From a virus (taxonomy: Duplodnaviria > Caudoviricetes), in IMG/VR virus record IMGVR_UViG_3300020059_000006, positions 1-35,700 of that record: a DNA stretch of 35,700 nt; one strand, written 5' to 3'. Numbering within the stretch: the first letter of the stretch is position 1; every line of letters begins with the position of its first letter. Below the pieces are notes generated by a model. The model had not been told where the DNA came from. It saw only the letters and a list, made by a program, of their open reading frames with translations, and searched no databases. Shown in pieces: positions 15,282 through 24,209 of this stretch. A program made the position numbers and the translations under genes.

Positions 15282-18020
15282 TCACAACGCGTACCGTGCC
15301 CGCACCCGCGGATGAATATGGACCGGGGTGCCTGCCGGAAGCTGCTTTCCGATGCCGTTCTCGGCGCGCCGCACCGTCGCCGTCTGCGTCCACGGCCCCG
15401 ACCCGACCACCGCGGCCATGTTCGTCACCACAACCTCTTCACCGAGGATGAGCAGAGAGTACGGCTCGTTGGTCTGCGACCACTGGTCCAGCAGGTCGGT
15501 GAACGTGATCACGATCGTCGGGTCACCCGGGCCGGCCGCCGCGTTCAACGTCGACGTCCGGGAGTCTTTCAGCCGGGTGTTGTCGTCGTAGATCGCCACG
15601 TCGTAGATACGCGCCGGGGCGCACGCCAACGTCACCGTCCACTCATGCCGGCCAACCGACGTGTGGACTGCCTCAACAACCAGGTCAATTTCCTGACCGA
15701 ACACCTGAGCTTTCATCCCGGCCACCGTGAACCGGGACCCGACCCGGACCCGCATCACCGCGTCGATCAGCTCCGGATGGGCCAGCAAGTCCACGACGAG
15801 TTCCGGCCAGCGCAGCTCCGGCCACACCGCAGCGTTGCCCCGCCACCCGGCGTGCTGTGCCGCCGCCGGGTCGTCGGCCAGGGACAGCTCCTTCGACCCG
15901 GGTTTCCGGCCCCGCAACGCGACGGTGGCCGCGTCGGCGAACCACGTCGCCTCCGACCCGCCGACCCGTTTCACCGTGTACTGAGACACGTACCGCTGGT
16001 CCCCGGCCGCCGGCTTAGGTGCCTGCGCCAGGTCACCGCCGGTCGCGGTGCCGTCGTCGGACGACCATTCCAGTTCGAAGATCGGGACGGTGTTGTACCG
16101 CGAGTTCAGCGGAATGTATTGCAGGCCCGGCCCGAACTCGAGCTGCAGGCCCTCACCCGACGCCGTGGTTTGGGTGAGCAGGGTCGGGAAAGTGTCGATG
16201 GCCTGAACACCCAAGTGGATGGTGTCGCCGGGCAGCGCGGCCGACGCGACACCGTTGTTCGACGTCAGCCGGTCGTGCCGGTCCGCGGCCAGCTCGGTGG
16301 CGTACCCGTTCGCCACCTTGATGAACGAGTCCGCGACGAACGGCAACGTTTCCGCACCCATGTAAACCATGCCCCACTGGGTGTCGACCAGCGCCGACGT
16401 GGAGCAGTTCATCTGCAAATACTGCACACCGGTCAACGACCCGGAGAACGACCCGGACAGCGACCAGAACACGTTGACCCCGACCTCGGTGTACAACAGC
16501 GTGTACGACACCGTCCCCGCGGACACCGTCGCCTCGAGCTGCATCGCCAACCAGTGGGTCGGGTTGACGACGTAGTTGAAGTAGCCGGTATCCGACAGGG
16601 TGTTCCCGATGGAGTTCACGACCAGCACCCGGAACCCGACGGCGCCCCCCCAAATCTGCCAGCGTCGGGCCGTCCCCGACGGCGACAACCACTCGTAGAG
16701 CAGGGTGTCCGCGGCCGGCGCTGCAGGCAGCTTGTAGGTGAGCATCACCGCGAACTGCTGCGGCGACACCGTAGAAGCCCGGGCAAAAAACTTGCCGTTG
16801 ACCTCGTCGAACTTCGCCGACGACGACTGCCCTGCGAACCCGTCGTTGCCGAACGACACCCCGGACGTTTCCGCTGCCGGACCGCCGATCGCCGACCCGG
16901 CGAACCTCGCACCCGCGTCGTCTTCGCACGGCCAAAACCCGGACGGGGCGTAGCCCAAGAGCAGCCAGTACAGCGGCGACCGGGCCTGCTCATCACTGTT
17001 CAACGCGGTCAGGGTACGCAGCGGGCCGGCGAGTTCGAACATGGTCGTCGAGTCCTCCCCCGACTTGTCCCACGCCGGGGGGAGGTCGGCTGCGTACCCG
17101 GACCACGGGATTGCGTCCACTCGCACGTCGTAGACGGTGAGGACGCGGGTTCCCGCCGACGCCTCGCCCGATTCGCGCCAGAGCAGTAAGCCGACGCTCC
17201 ACCCGTCGGACTTGTTTTCCACGGCGGTGACCTGCCACGCCGGCGGGGACCCGCCGTCGGCGTACGCCCGTGCCCGCAGGACCGGCCCGTCAGCCTCAAA
17301 CTCGAAGTGCATGATCTTCCCTGCGGACCACGCCACCGTCGTGAGCGCAGTGCCGAGCACGGTGCCTGCCCCGCTGATGTTCCGCAGGATTTGCACCTGA
17401 ATGAAACCGGACGGGTGGAACCGGAAGTACCCGAAGTATGACGTCGAGTTCAGCGACGCCGATTCGACCCTACGCACGATCGGGGAACACATCACCGACC
17501 CGGTGACGGTGGCCGCATCTAGCGACGCCTGCACGTGGACGTTCACCCCGCGGGATCCGACCCCGACGCCGGCGGAGTCGCGAAGGTACTGGTAGGCGCT
17601 GCCGTTCGCGGCGGGGAACGTAGCCAAGGCGGTTCCGTTCCCGGACAGCGACACCAGGCCCGAAGCTGACGACCACACATGCCCGGAGCTCGAGGTCCCC
17701 CATGTGCTCGCCGCGGCCGCCCGGTCGAAGTCGTCGTACCAGAGTGGGATCCGCACCCGCGCCGGCACGTTCGCCAGCAGCTGCCCGTACCACGTGCTGT
17801 ACGGGTTCCACGGCGACAGTTCGGCGTCCCGGTCGTCGAACGTGACCGCCCCCGACCCTGCCTCCACGCTGCCGGACTCGTCGGGCTGCCCGTACTCGAA
17901 CTCGATGGGTGCGGACTGGCGGCGACGGCCGGTCAGGTCCTGGTACTGCCACGGGCCGGGCGCGGCGAGGTCGGAGCCGGGCGCGAACTCGAACCCGACC
18001 GGGAACGGCGGATCGATCAT
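15282..18020 (-). CDS. Large minor tail (tail tip) protein with beta-sandwich/ConA-like domains
   Basis: 912 aa directly after the tape measure; LSP.NP.S.WYG, DDF.R..WG, FWP.ED, VRR..NG motifs typical of actinophage tail tips. Confidence 0.8.
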   Translation of the reverse strand: MIDPPFPVGFEFAPGSDLAAPGPWQYQDLTGRRRQSAPIEFEYGQPDESGSVEAGSGAVTFDDRDAELSPWNPYSTWYGQLLANVPARVRIPLWYDDFDRAAAASTWGTSSSGHVWSSASGLVSLSGNGTALATFPAANGSAYQYLRDSAGVGVGSRGVNVHVQASLDAATVTGSVMCSPIVRRVESASLNSTSYFGYFRFHPSGFIQVQILRNISGAGTVLGTALTTVAWSAGKIMHFEFEADGPVLRARAYADGGSPPAWQVTAVENKSDGWSVGLLLWRESGEASAGTRVLTVYDVRVDAIPWSGYAADLPPAWDKSGEDSTTMFELAGPLRTLTALNSDEQARSPLYWLLLGYAPSGFWPCEDDAGARFAGSAIGGPAAETSGVSFGNDGFAGQSSSAKFDEVNGKFFARASTVSPQQFAVMLTYKLPAAPAADTLLYEWLSPSGTARRWQIWGGAVGFRVLVVNSIGNTLSDTGYFNYVVNPTHWLAMQLEATVSAGTVSYTLLYTEVGVNVFWSLSGSFSGSLTGVQYLQMNCSTSALVDTQWGMVYMGAETLPFVADSFIKVANGYATELAADRHDRLTSNNGVASAALPGDTIHLGVQAIDTFPTLLTQTTASGEGLQLEFGPGLQYIPLNSRYNTVPIFELEWSSDDGTATGGDLAQAPKPAAGDQRYVSQYTVKRVGGSEATWFADAATVALRGRKPGSKELSLADDPAAAQHAGWRGNAAVWPELRWPELVVDLLAHPELIDAVMRVRVGSRFTVAGMKAQVFGQEIDLVVEAVHTSVGRHEWTVTLACAPARIYDVAIYDDNTRLKDSRTSTLNAAAGPGDPTIVITFTDLLDQWSQTNEPYSLLILGEEVVVTNMAAVVGSGPWTQTATVRRAENGIGKQLPAGTPVHIHPRVRARYAL

Positions 18021-19945
18021 GCGATGGCCTCCCCGCCGCGCACCCGCAACGATTTACGCAGCGCGGTCCGGAATTGGGTCTCGTTCCCGACAACCTCAAT
18101 GACAATCGGGCGGTCGGACCGGCCGAGCTCGGGGACCCGGTTGAGGGGGACCACGGCCTCATCCTGGCCGGCCTCACCGATCCGGGCGATCGTCCCACCC
18201 GGCCGGGCTTTGATCAGGGCGCCGTCGGCGAGGTTCGGGATGGCGGGGACACCGATCGTCCCTCCGCCGAACGAGTGCCCGAACACGGAGAACGAGGGGA
18301 TGGTGAAGCTGATGGAGTTCCACCGGTTGATGACCCAGTTGATCGCCGACGCGAACCCGGACCGTAGCCCGTTCCACATGCTCGACAGGGCGCCCCGGAT
18401 CCGCCCGGGAATGCCGCGGACGTAACCGACGAGCCGGCCGAACGCGCCGATGACCGCGTTCACGATCCGCACCTGCACGTTGAACCAGCCGACCGCCAAG
18501 CTTTTGATGAAGTTGAACGCGGTCATGAATTGGGCTTTCGCCCTGCCCAGGGATGCGGTCAGCTTGTTCCACAGGGCGACGAAGAAGCCGGCGAACGGGC
18601 CGGCGAACCACGCCCCGATCGTCTTCATGAACCCCCACACCGCAGCCCACACGGTTTGGAAAAAGCGGGTCTTCGTCGCAACGAGCACGATCACGGCGAT
18701 GAGCGCGACGATCGCCAGGATGATCCACGTCGTGGGTGACGCCATCTGGGCAATGTTCCACGCCCACTGCACAGCGGTGATAACCCCGATCGCGGCGGCC
18801 AGCACACCCAGGGCAATCGCGAGGGGTTCCACCCACGACGAGTTGCGTTGCAGGAATCCGAACGTCGCGTCGATCGCCGGGAGCATCTTCGCGAGCTCGG
18901 TGGTCAACCCGGCGAGGGCCTTCCGTTTGAACGACTCCAGTTTCGCGCCGGCCGAGTTCTCCAACGTGTCCCCGGCCGCCTGCGCGGCGCCGGCGACCTT
19001 ACCCAACCCGTCGGCCGCCCCGTCCACATCCATTGCGAACAGGGCCTTACCGAGGTCTTCGGCTTTCGTACCGAACAGGTCGACCGCTGCCGCGTTCTGC
19101 TTGACCGGGTCTTTGATCGCTCTCAACCGGTCGAGCACAGTGTCAAGCCCGGCCTTCGCCGCCGGCCCGCCCTTCGCCATCTGGGCGGTCATATCCCGTG
19201 CGCTCAACCCGAGAAGTTTGTACCCGGCCGCAGCTTGCGCCCCGCCGTCGATCGCCCGGATTGAGAACTCTTTCAACGCGTCCGCCGCGGTGTCGGAGTC
19301 CCGGGCGCCCGCCTTGATGGCCTGGTCCATCAAGCCCATCGAGTCGGCGCCATCCAAGCCCAACTTGCGGAATTGGGTGCCGTACTCGTTGAACGTGTCG
19401 AACAGATCCCCGGCCTTGTTCACACCCTGCTGCACACCGCGGACCAGCAAATCCATCGCATCGTCGGCGTTCTTCACCAGGCCGTTACGCATCATCTGCT
19501 TCACCGCATTGGAGACGTTCCCCGCCTCTTCCTCGGAGATCAGCGCCAGCGTGGAAAGCTTCCCCGCGACCCGGTCCACGTCGGCCTGCGCCGCGTTCTC
19601 ATCGATCAGACCGTTCTGCCAGATCGCCCGGACCGTCGCCGCTGCCTCCTCCGACGAGTCGACGACACCCCGCGCGAACAGGTTCCCGGCCGTCTGCCCA
19701 ACCTTCCCGGCGAAATCCCCAGTCGCGCCCAACTGCGCCTGTAGCAGCGCCGTCGGTTTCGACGACTCGATGACCGACTGGATACCGGCGACAAGGGCCG
19801 TCCCGACCAGGGCGCCGCCGACCGCGGCGCCTTTCTTCGCGACGTCCCACGTCTTCCCGAGGTGTTTCCGGAGGCCCGCCGCACCGGCTTCCGCTTTCGT
19901 CGAATCGATCCCGATCTTAATGAGGAGATCTTCAAGCGTCGCCAC
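18017..19945 (-). CDS. Tape measure protein
   Basis: DL.DTFNEY..QFRKLG..GAR..D..ADA.KEF.IR tape-measure domain; Ala-rich helices; W/F periodic repeats; C-terminal GEAG.EAV.PL. Confidence 0.9.
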   Translation of the reverse strand: MATLEDLLIKIGIDSTKAEAGAAGLRKHLGKTWDVAKKGAAVGGALVGTALVAGIQSVIESSKPTALLQAQLGATGDFAGKVGQTAGNLFARGVVDSSEEAAATVRAIWQNGLIDENAAQADVDRVAGKLSTLALISEEEAGNVSNAVKQMMRNGLVKNADDAMDLLVRGVQQGVNKAGDLFDTFNEYGTQFRKLGLDGADSMGLMDQAIKAGARDSDTAADALKEFSIRAIDGGAQAAAGYKLLGLSARDMTAQMAKGGPAAKAGLDTVLDRLRAIKDPVKQNAAAVDLFGTKAEDLGKALFAMDVDGAADGLGKVAGAAQAAGDTLENSAGAKLESFKRKALAGLTTELAKMLPAIDATFGFLQRNSSWVEPLAIALGVLAAAIGVITAVQWAWNIAQMASPTTWIILAIVALIAVIVLVATKTRFFQTVWAAVWGFMKTIGAWFAGPFAGFFVALWNKLTASLGRAKAQFMTAFNFIKSLAVGWFNVQVRIVNAVIGAFGRLVGYVRGIPGRIRGALSSMWNGLRSGFASAINWVINRWNSISFTIPSFSVFGHSFGGGTIGVPAIPNLADGALIKARPGGTIARIGEAGQDEAVVPLNRVPELGRSDRPIVIEVVGNETQFRTALRKSLRVRGGEAIA

Positions 19946-19960
19946 GACGGGCCTCCCTTC

Positions 19961-20317
19961 CTACTTGCCACCCATTGCTTTGTTGAGCGCCTTCACCGCG
20001 CGGAGCATGTCCTCCGGAGTCTGCTCCTTCTTCCCGTCCGACCACGGCCACGACTCCCGGTCCGCCCACGGCGGCGCGAAGTTCACTGGCTTGAACGGGC
20101 GGGTCTTACGGTCCCTCGACGTGTTCGCCACCGTCGCCTGCAACTGCGCGAACAGGTAGTCGAACCGTTCCGCCCCGATCGGCCCGAACATCCGCTCGTA
20201 CACCATCCACGCCGTGTACTCACGCGAGTCGACCCGAGCCCGGGCTTCACGAACTGTGCAGCCCCAGACTGTCGCTAGTCGGTAAACGAAGGATCGTCCG
20301 GGGTCGCGCCGAAATCC
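19961..20317 (-). CDS. Tail assembly chaperone, -1 frameshift extension (gpGT-like)
   Basis: The -1 frame is open from the slippery site and reads RRDPGRSFVYRLATVWGCTVREA..DSREY.AWMVYER.FGP.G.ER.D. Confidence 0.75.
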   Translation of the reverse strand, partial: GFRRDPGRSFVYRLATVWGCTVREARARVDSREYTAWMVYERMFGPIGAERFDYLFAQLQATVANTSRDRKTRPFKPVNFAPPWADRESWPWSDGKKEQTPEDMLRAVKALNKAMGGK

Positions 20318-20673
20318 TCGGCCAGCTTGTCCACATCCTCATCCGTCAGCCCGGCGAGCTTCTTACACGCGTCGAACAGCCGGTCGACCGGCTTGGCGTT
20401 GCGCCGGCCGAGCCGGTTGACGTCGTCCGCGGTGAACAACGGCCGGCCGGCGTCGTCGACGGCGCACAACACGATCAGTTTCGCCCGCGCGTTGCGCAGG
20501 TTCATCTTCCGGTCCTTGCCGCGCTCGTCGATCAGTGACGCCTCGTACGCGTCGCGCTGCGCCCCGGTGATCGACCGGATCCGCACCACCCCACCCCACT
20601 CGGGGATGTTCACCTCCGCGAACTCCTGATCGTCCGCCTCAAGAATCGTGTCCCTATCGAGGAACCCCACCAC
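20275..20673 (-). CDS. Tail assembly chaperone (gpG-like)
   Basis: V.IPEWGG.VRIR..TG..RD.YE, CAVD..G..LF; lies between tail tube and tape measure. Confidence 0.85.
   Translation of the reverse strand: MVGFLDRDTILEADDQEFAEVNIPEWGGVVRIRSITGAQRDAYEASLIDERGKDRKMNLRNARAKLIVLCAVDDAGRPLFTADDVNRLGRRNAKPVDRLFDACKKLAGLTDEDVDKLAEDFGATPDDPSFTD
20311..20317 (-). other. Programmed -1 frameshift slippery site G GAT TTC
   Basis: GGATTTC in correct phase (GAG GAT TTC) near the 3' end of the chaperone gene; joins it to the downstream ORF. Confidence 0.6.
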
Positions 20674-20752
20674 AAGCCACCCTCTCCCAAATCCGGACTG
20701 CTCTTGCGCGGACAGCCTATGCGACCCGGGCCGCGAGACCCCTCAACAGCGA

Positions 20753-20799
20753 GAAACCCCCCACACGCCGCCGGAGAAGGCGAACGTGTGAGGGGTTTC
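20753..20799 (-). terminator. Long hairpin between tail tube and chaperone genes
   Basis: GAAACCCCUCACACGUUCGCC-UUCUCC-GGCGGCGUGUGGGGGGUUUC with G-U pairs on the minus strand. Confidence 0.6.
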
Positions 20800-20836
20800 A
20801 GGGGTGGGGATCCCGGAGGGACCACCAGCGAATCTA

Positions 20837-21274
20837 TCAGGACCCGGTCGCCGACAGGGTCGGCTTGCCCGAGACCTTCACGGTGACCTTCCGGGACATC
20901 TTGTCGTCGTAGGGGAACTCGTCGGACAGGTTGGTCAGGATGCCGGGCAGCGACCACGTGTGCTCGTCCGGGTCCCCGGGCAGGATCACCAGCTGGTAGT
21001 TACGTGGCTGCGAGTCGTTGAAGTCGTCGTCCAGGTCGTGGGAGTCCTCAGCCGGGTCGTAGTTCACCTCGAGCTGGATTTCGCCGCCGTTCTTCAACCC
21101 GCCGATGAACTCCATCCACCCGTCCGGGGAGTCATGCGCGGTCACGTCGATCGTCTCCCGGGACCGCTCTGGACCCGAGATCGACGTCACGTTCGCGATC
21201 GTGGTGAACACCTCGGTAGGGGTCGCACCGTCGCCCCGCTTGAACTGCGTGCCGAACGCGTCTTTACCTGCCAT
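20837..21274 (-). CDS. Major tail tube protein
   Basis: FTTIANVTSISGP..SRETIDVT.HDS...W.EF.GGLK.GGE...NYDP. Confidence 0.9.
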   Translation of the reverse strand: MAGKDAFGTQFKRGDGATPTEVFTTIANVTSISGPERSRETIDVTAHDSPDGWMEFIGGLKNGGEIQLEVNYDPAEDSHDLDDDFNDSQPRNYQLVILPGDPDEHTWSLPGILTNLSDEFPYDDKMSRKVTVKVSGKPTLSATGS

Positions 21275-21291
21275 GGCCTACGGGCCCCTTC

Positions 21292-21723
21292 CTAGAGCTG
21301 AACCGTGTTGATCCGCATCCGGATCAGGGTCTGTCGCCATTCCGGGTCCGGATCCCGTAGGGCCTGCTGAAACTCGTTCCTGATGATGACGATCCTATGG
21401 CCCGGTACCACGATCGAATCGTTCTGGTGGTCGAACAGGGCGTTCCACTCGGCTGCGATGGCACCGCCCCGCTTCGTGCCCCGCGACTTCGTCCAAATGT
21501 GGAACGTCTGGGTGATCTCCCGGCCGTACTTGTCGTGGGTGTGGTCCGGCAACGACAGGTGGTCGCCGAGGACCACGTAGTCGCGCTGCTCCGACTCCGG
21601 TGGCTCGTCGTACACCCCGCCCGGCAGCAACGCCATCAGCGCGGCGTGCGCGCGGGCCGCGGTGAAGAACGCCGCCTGGACCGCGTTCAACGGGTCGTCG
21701 ACAACACCAGCCGGCGGCGACAT
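21292..21723 (-). CDS. Tail terminator (DUF3168-like)
   Basis: VYDEPP..YVVLG..G.E....HIW...G; position before the tail tube gene. Confidence 0.8.
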   Translation of the reverse strand: MSPPAGVVDDPLNAVQAAFFTAARAHAALMALLPGGVYDEPPESEQRDYVVLGDHLSLPDHTHDKYGREITQTFHIWTKSRGTKRGGAIAAEWNALFDHQNDSIVVPGHRIVIIRNEFQQALRDPDPEWRQTLIRMRINTVQL

Positions 21724-21726
21724 CGC

Positions 21727-22098
21727 TCACCCCTTCGACAGTCGGGCCATAGCCTGATCGACCAGTTTGATCGTGCGTTTCCGGAACCGCCGGCGGGCCA
21801 GCTTCCCGGCCGCCGTAGCGAACGGCCGCGGCGGCACCCCACGGGCCCCGTCGTTGACGAACTGGGCGTACCGCTCCCGGGGGGCCACCGACCCGCGTAG
21901 CCCGCCGCCGGTGAACTCCTCTTGCACCGAGTCCGCGAGCGCCCCGGTCAGCTTCGGCGCCAGACGCCGCTCGTCCTGGGCCGTCTCCTTCACTTCTTGA
22001 TGCACGGCAAGTTTCGCCGCTTCGACAATCTTGCGGGGGAGCCGGCCCAGTTTCCGCTCGAGCCCGGGCAGTCCGACGATCTCAATGTTCGACGCCAC
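21727..22098 (-). CDS. HK97 gp10-like tail completion protein
   Basis: AP.LTGAL..S, YA.FV..G....PPRPF. Confidence 0.8.
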   Translation of the reverse strand: MASNIEIVGLPGLERKLGRLPRKIVEAAKLAVHQEVKETAQDERRLAPKLTGALADSVQEEFTGGGLRGSVAPRERYAQFVNDGARGVPPRPFATAAGKLARRRFRKRTIKLVDQAMARLSKG

Positions 22099-22101
22099 AG
22101 C

Positions 22102-22689
22102 TCAGCCCTGCTCTTGCTTCCACGCCTCGAGCACGTCCTTAGGGAGCGGGCCACTCGCGTGGACGTCGTAGCCGTGCGCTTCGGCCCACTCACGGATGAC
22201 CTGCCGGCCTTCCTTCGTGTCCGGGTCGACGTCGCTGGCCTGATCGTCAGGGCCCCCGTCGTCGCTGGGCGGGGGATCCTGATCGGGGCGCGCCGCAGCC
22301 TGGGCCCGGGCGAACACCCGGCCGCCGTCGTCCTCGTTCACCGCGTCCGGGCACGGCTGCAGGTTGTTCAACGCGATCCGCACCACCATGTCCGGGACGT
22401 CTTCGGCAGGCACCGAATCCGGGTCCGGCAGCTGGTAACCGCGCTCGACGAGACCGGCCAGCAAAGTCCGCAGCGCCTCCGTGTGACTGAGGTTTGCATC
22501 GTCTGCAGCCGCGGCCACAATGTCGTCGGACGGGAAGTCGACCGTCATCTCCGCCCACAGGTGCGGATGCTCCCGCACGATCGGATTGTCGGCGTGGGCC
22601 GTGGTCTCACCCTCGCGGATCATCAGCCGCGGCCTACCGTCCTCCTGCCGGATCACCCCCGACTTGATCGCCCTCATCACCTTCGACAT
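22102..22689 (-). CDS. Protein with C-terminal Lsr2-like DNA-binding domain
   Basis: IREWAEAHGYDVHASGPLPKDVLEAW matches the Lsr2 C-domain pattern IREWA..NG..VS.RGRIP..V.EAY. Confidence 0.7.
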   Translation of the reverse strand: MSKVMRAIKSGVIRQEDGRPRLMIREGETTAHADNPIVREHPHLWAEMTVDFPSDDIVAAAADDANLSHTEALRTLLAGLVERGYQLPDPDSVPAEDVPDMVVRIALNNLQPCPDAVNEDDGGRVFARAQAAARPDQDPPPSDDGGPDDQASDVDPDTKEGRQVIREWAEAHGYDVHASGPLPKDVLEAWKQEQG

Positions 22690-22703
22690 CCCGTGCCCCT
22701 TTC

Positions 22704-23042
22704 CTAGACTTCGTACTGGTCACGTATGCACGTAGCGCGAAGGTACACGGGAGTGGACGGACGCACCGTGGACTGCACACGGAACACCTCACCGTTGCCG
22801 CGGAGCTCGTCGCCGCGCTGAACATCCGCGTCCGGGAGGAAATGCAACTGGTAGGTCAGGTCCACGCCCGAGCGCATGGCCTCGATTCGGGCGGCCTCGC
22901 TGGGCTCGTTCACCTTCGCCCGTACCGTCGTCGACGACGACCGGGTTTCGTCCTGCCCGCCCTGCCCGTCGTCGACCCGCGCCGACCGCCACACCGCAAG
23001 CTCGCGGGTCAGCTCGTACGCGTCGATCCGGTCGGCGGTCAT
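22704..23042 (-). CDS. Head-to-tail stopper (SPP1 gp16-like)
   Basis: DDGQGG, P.ADV.RGD.L; synteny. Confidence 0.8.
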   Translation of the reverse strand: MTADRIDAYELTRELAVWRSARVDDGQGGQDETRSSSTTVRAKVNEPSEAARIEAMRSGVDLTYQLHFLPDADVQRGDELRGNGEVFRVQSTVRPSTPVYLRATCIRDQYEV

Positions 23043-23500
23043 GACCCGGTCAGATCATCAACGTCGTCGTCACCGTTGTACGGCGACACCATCGTGACCG
23101 CGGTGAACGTGGACCGGCCTGCGGCACGCCGCACCGCCCGCTCCTCCGACGGGGTCAGATACACCAGGTCGCCGCCGCCCACACCGGCCCGGTCCCACGA
23201 CGTCGACGAGTCACCCATCGAACGCTGCGTCAGGCCCTTGCCGTTGTCGAACGCCCGGAACGCCACATCGACGCAGATCATCCGGACCCGGTACGGCACA
23301 TCGACGACCGCGGTACCCGCCACGTCCAGCCACGTCACGCCAGCCGCGTCCCGGATCAACTCCGACGCAGCCGCCAAGTTGTGCACCGCCCGGGACTCTT
23401 CAACAGCGTCAGGCGTATACCCGATCTTCCTGACCAGACGCGCGTACGGAGCCAGCGTCGGCCGGTCGCCGTCGGGGGTTGGCCCCACGGGGATCGTCAT
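23039..23500 (-). CDS. Head-to-tail adaptor
   Basis: L..AS.LIR..AG..W, VP..V..I...VA.R...N..G..Q.S.GD, YLT..E. Confidence 0.8.
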   Translation of the reverse strand: MTIPVGPTPDGDRPTLAPYARLVRKIGYTPDAVEESRAVHNLAAASELIRDAAGVTWLDVAGTAVVDVPYRVRMICVDVAFRAFDNGKGLTQRSMGDSSTSWDRAGVGGGDLVYLTPSEERAVRRAAGRSTFTAVTMVSPYNGDDDVDDLTGS

Positions 23501-24203
23501 TCGGTACCCCTTCCCTCTCCCACCGGGACGGCACGGAGAAGCGGTCCCGCAACCATTGTCCGACCGCACCCCGCCGCCACGTGTAATCGGACGTCGACAC
23601 GAACAGGTCGGCAGGCCCGGGCACCGACTCGTAGTCGCGGATCTTCACGTCGTCGTGGAGCTCCCCGACACCGGGATGCGCATAGTTGCCGTACACCGTC
23701 CGCTTCCACGGCGGTTCCGCCCTGGCGGGCATGACAGCCTCGACCCTGCGCATCAGGGCCCGCATCGCAGGGCGGTGCATCACCATCGGCACGTGCAGCT
23801 CGTACGACAGACGGCCGTACGCGCCGACCCGCTCAAGCATGTCGATCGTCGAGTCCCGCCGCCGGTCCTGCTCATGCGTGCGCGCAATGTGCAGGACCGG
23901 CGGCGCGTGCTGCCACACCGGCACCACCGGCAGCGGCTGCAGCGCGTAAAAGTCGTCGTTCATCAACACGAAGTCGTCGGACAGCCGCCGGTCGGCGACC
24001 GCTGCGGCGAGGTTCGCCCACGTGTCGAAGTGCTTACCGGGCCGGTGGTTGTCCGGGACGACCCGGACCACGTCGTCGGTCAGCCACCCCGGCTGGTACC
24101 CGGCGACCGCGACGCGGTCCACCTGCTTGAGGTTCGCCAGCGAGCGGAGACTGTGCCGAAGCTCGTCCTCGCCGCCGGCAGCGAACAGGTAGACCGCGTC
24201 CAC
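23409..24203 (-). CDS. Stealth-family-like hexose-1-phosphate transferase / glycosyltransferase
   Basis: CR1-like DAVY, CR2 ELRHSLRSL..QPGWL..LSDDFVLMNDDFY, CR3-like ELHVP, CR4-like FVSTSD..RF..PSRWE. Confidence 0.7.
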   Translation of the reverse strand: MDAVYLFAAGGEDELRHSLRSLANLKQVDRVAVAGYQPGWLTDDVVRVVPDNHRPGKHFDTWANLAAAVADRRLSDDFVLMNDDFYALQPLPVVPVWQHAPPVLHIARTHEQDRRRDSTIDMLERVGAYGRLSYELHVPMVMHRPAMRALMRRVEAVMPARAEPPWKRTVYGNYAHPGVGELHDDVKIRDYESVPGPADLFVSTSDYTWRRGAVGQWLRDRFSVPSRWEREGVPNDDPRGANPRRRPADAGSVRASGQEDRVYA

Positions 24204-24209
24204 GACAGG

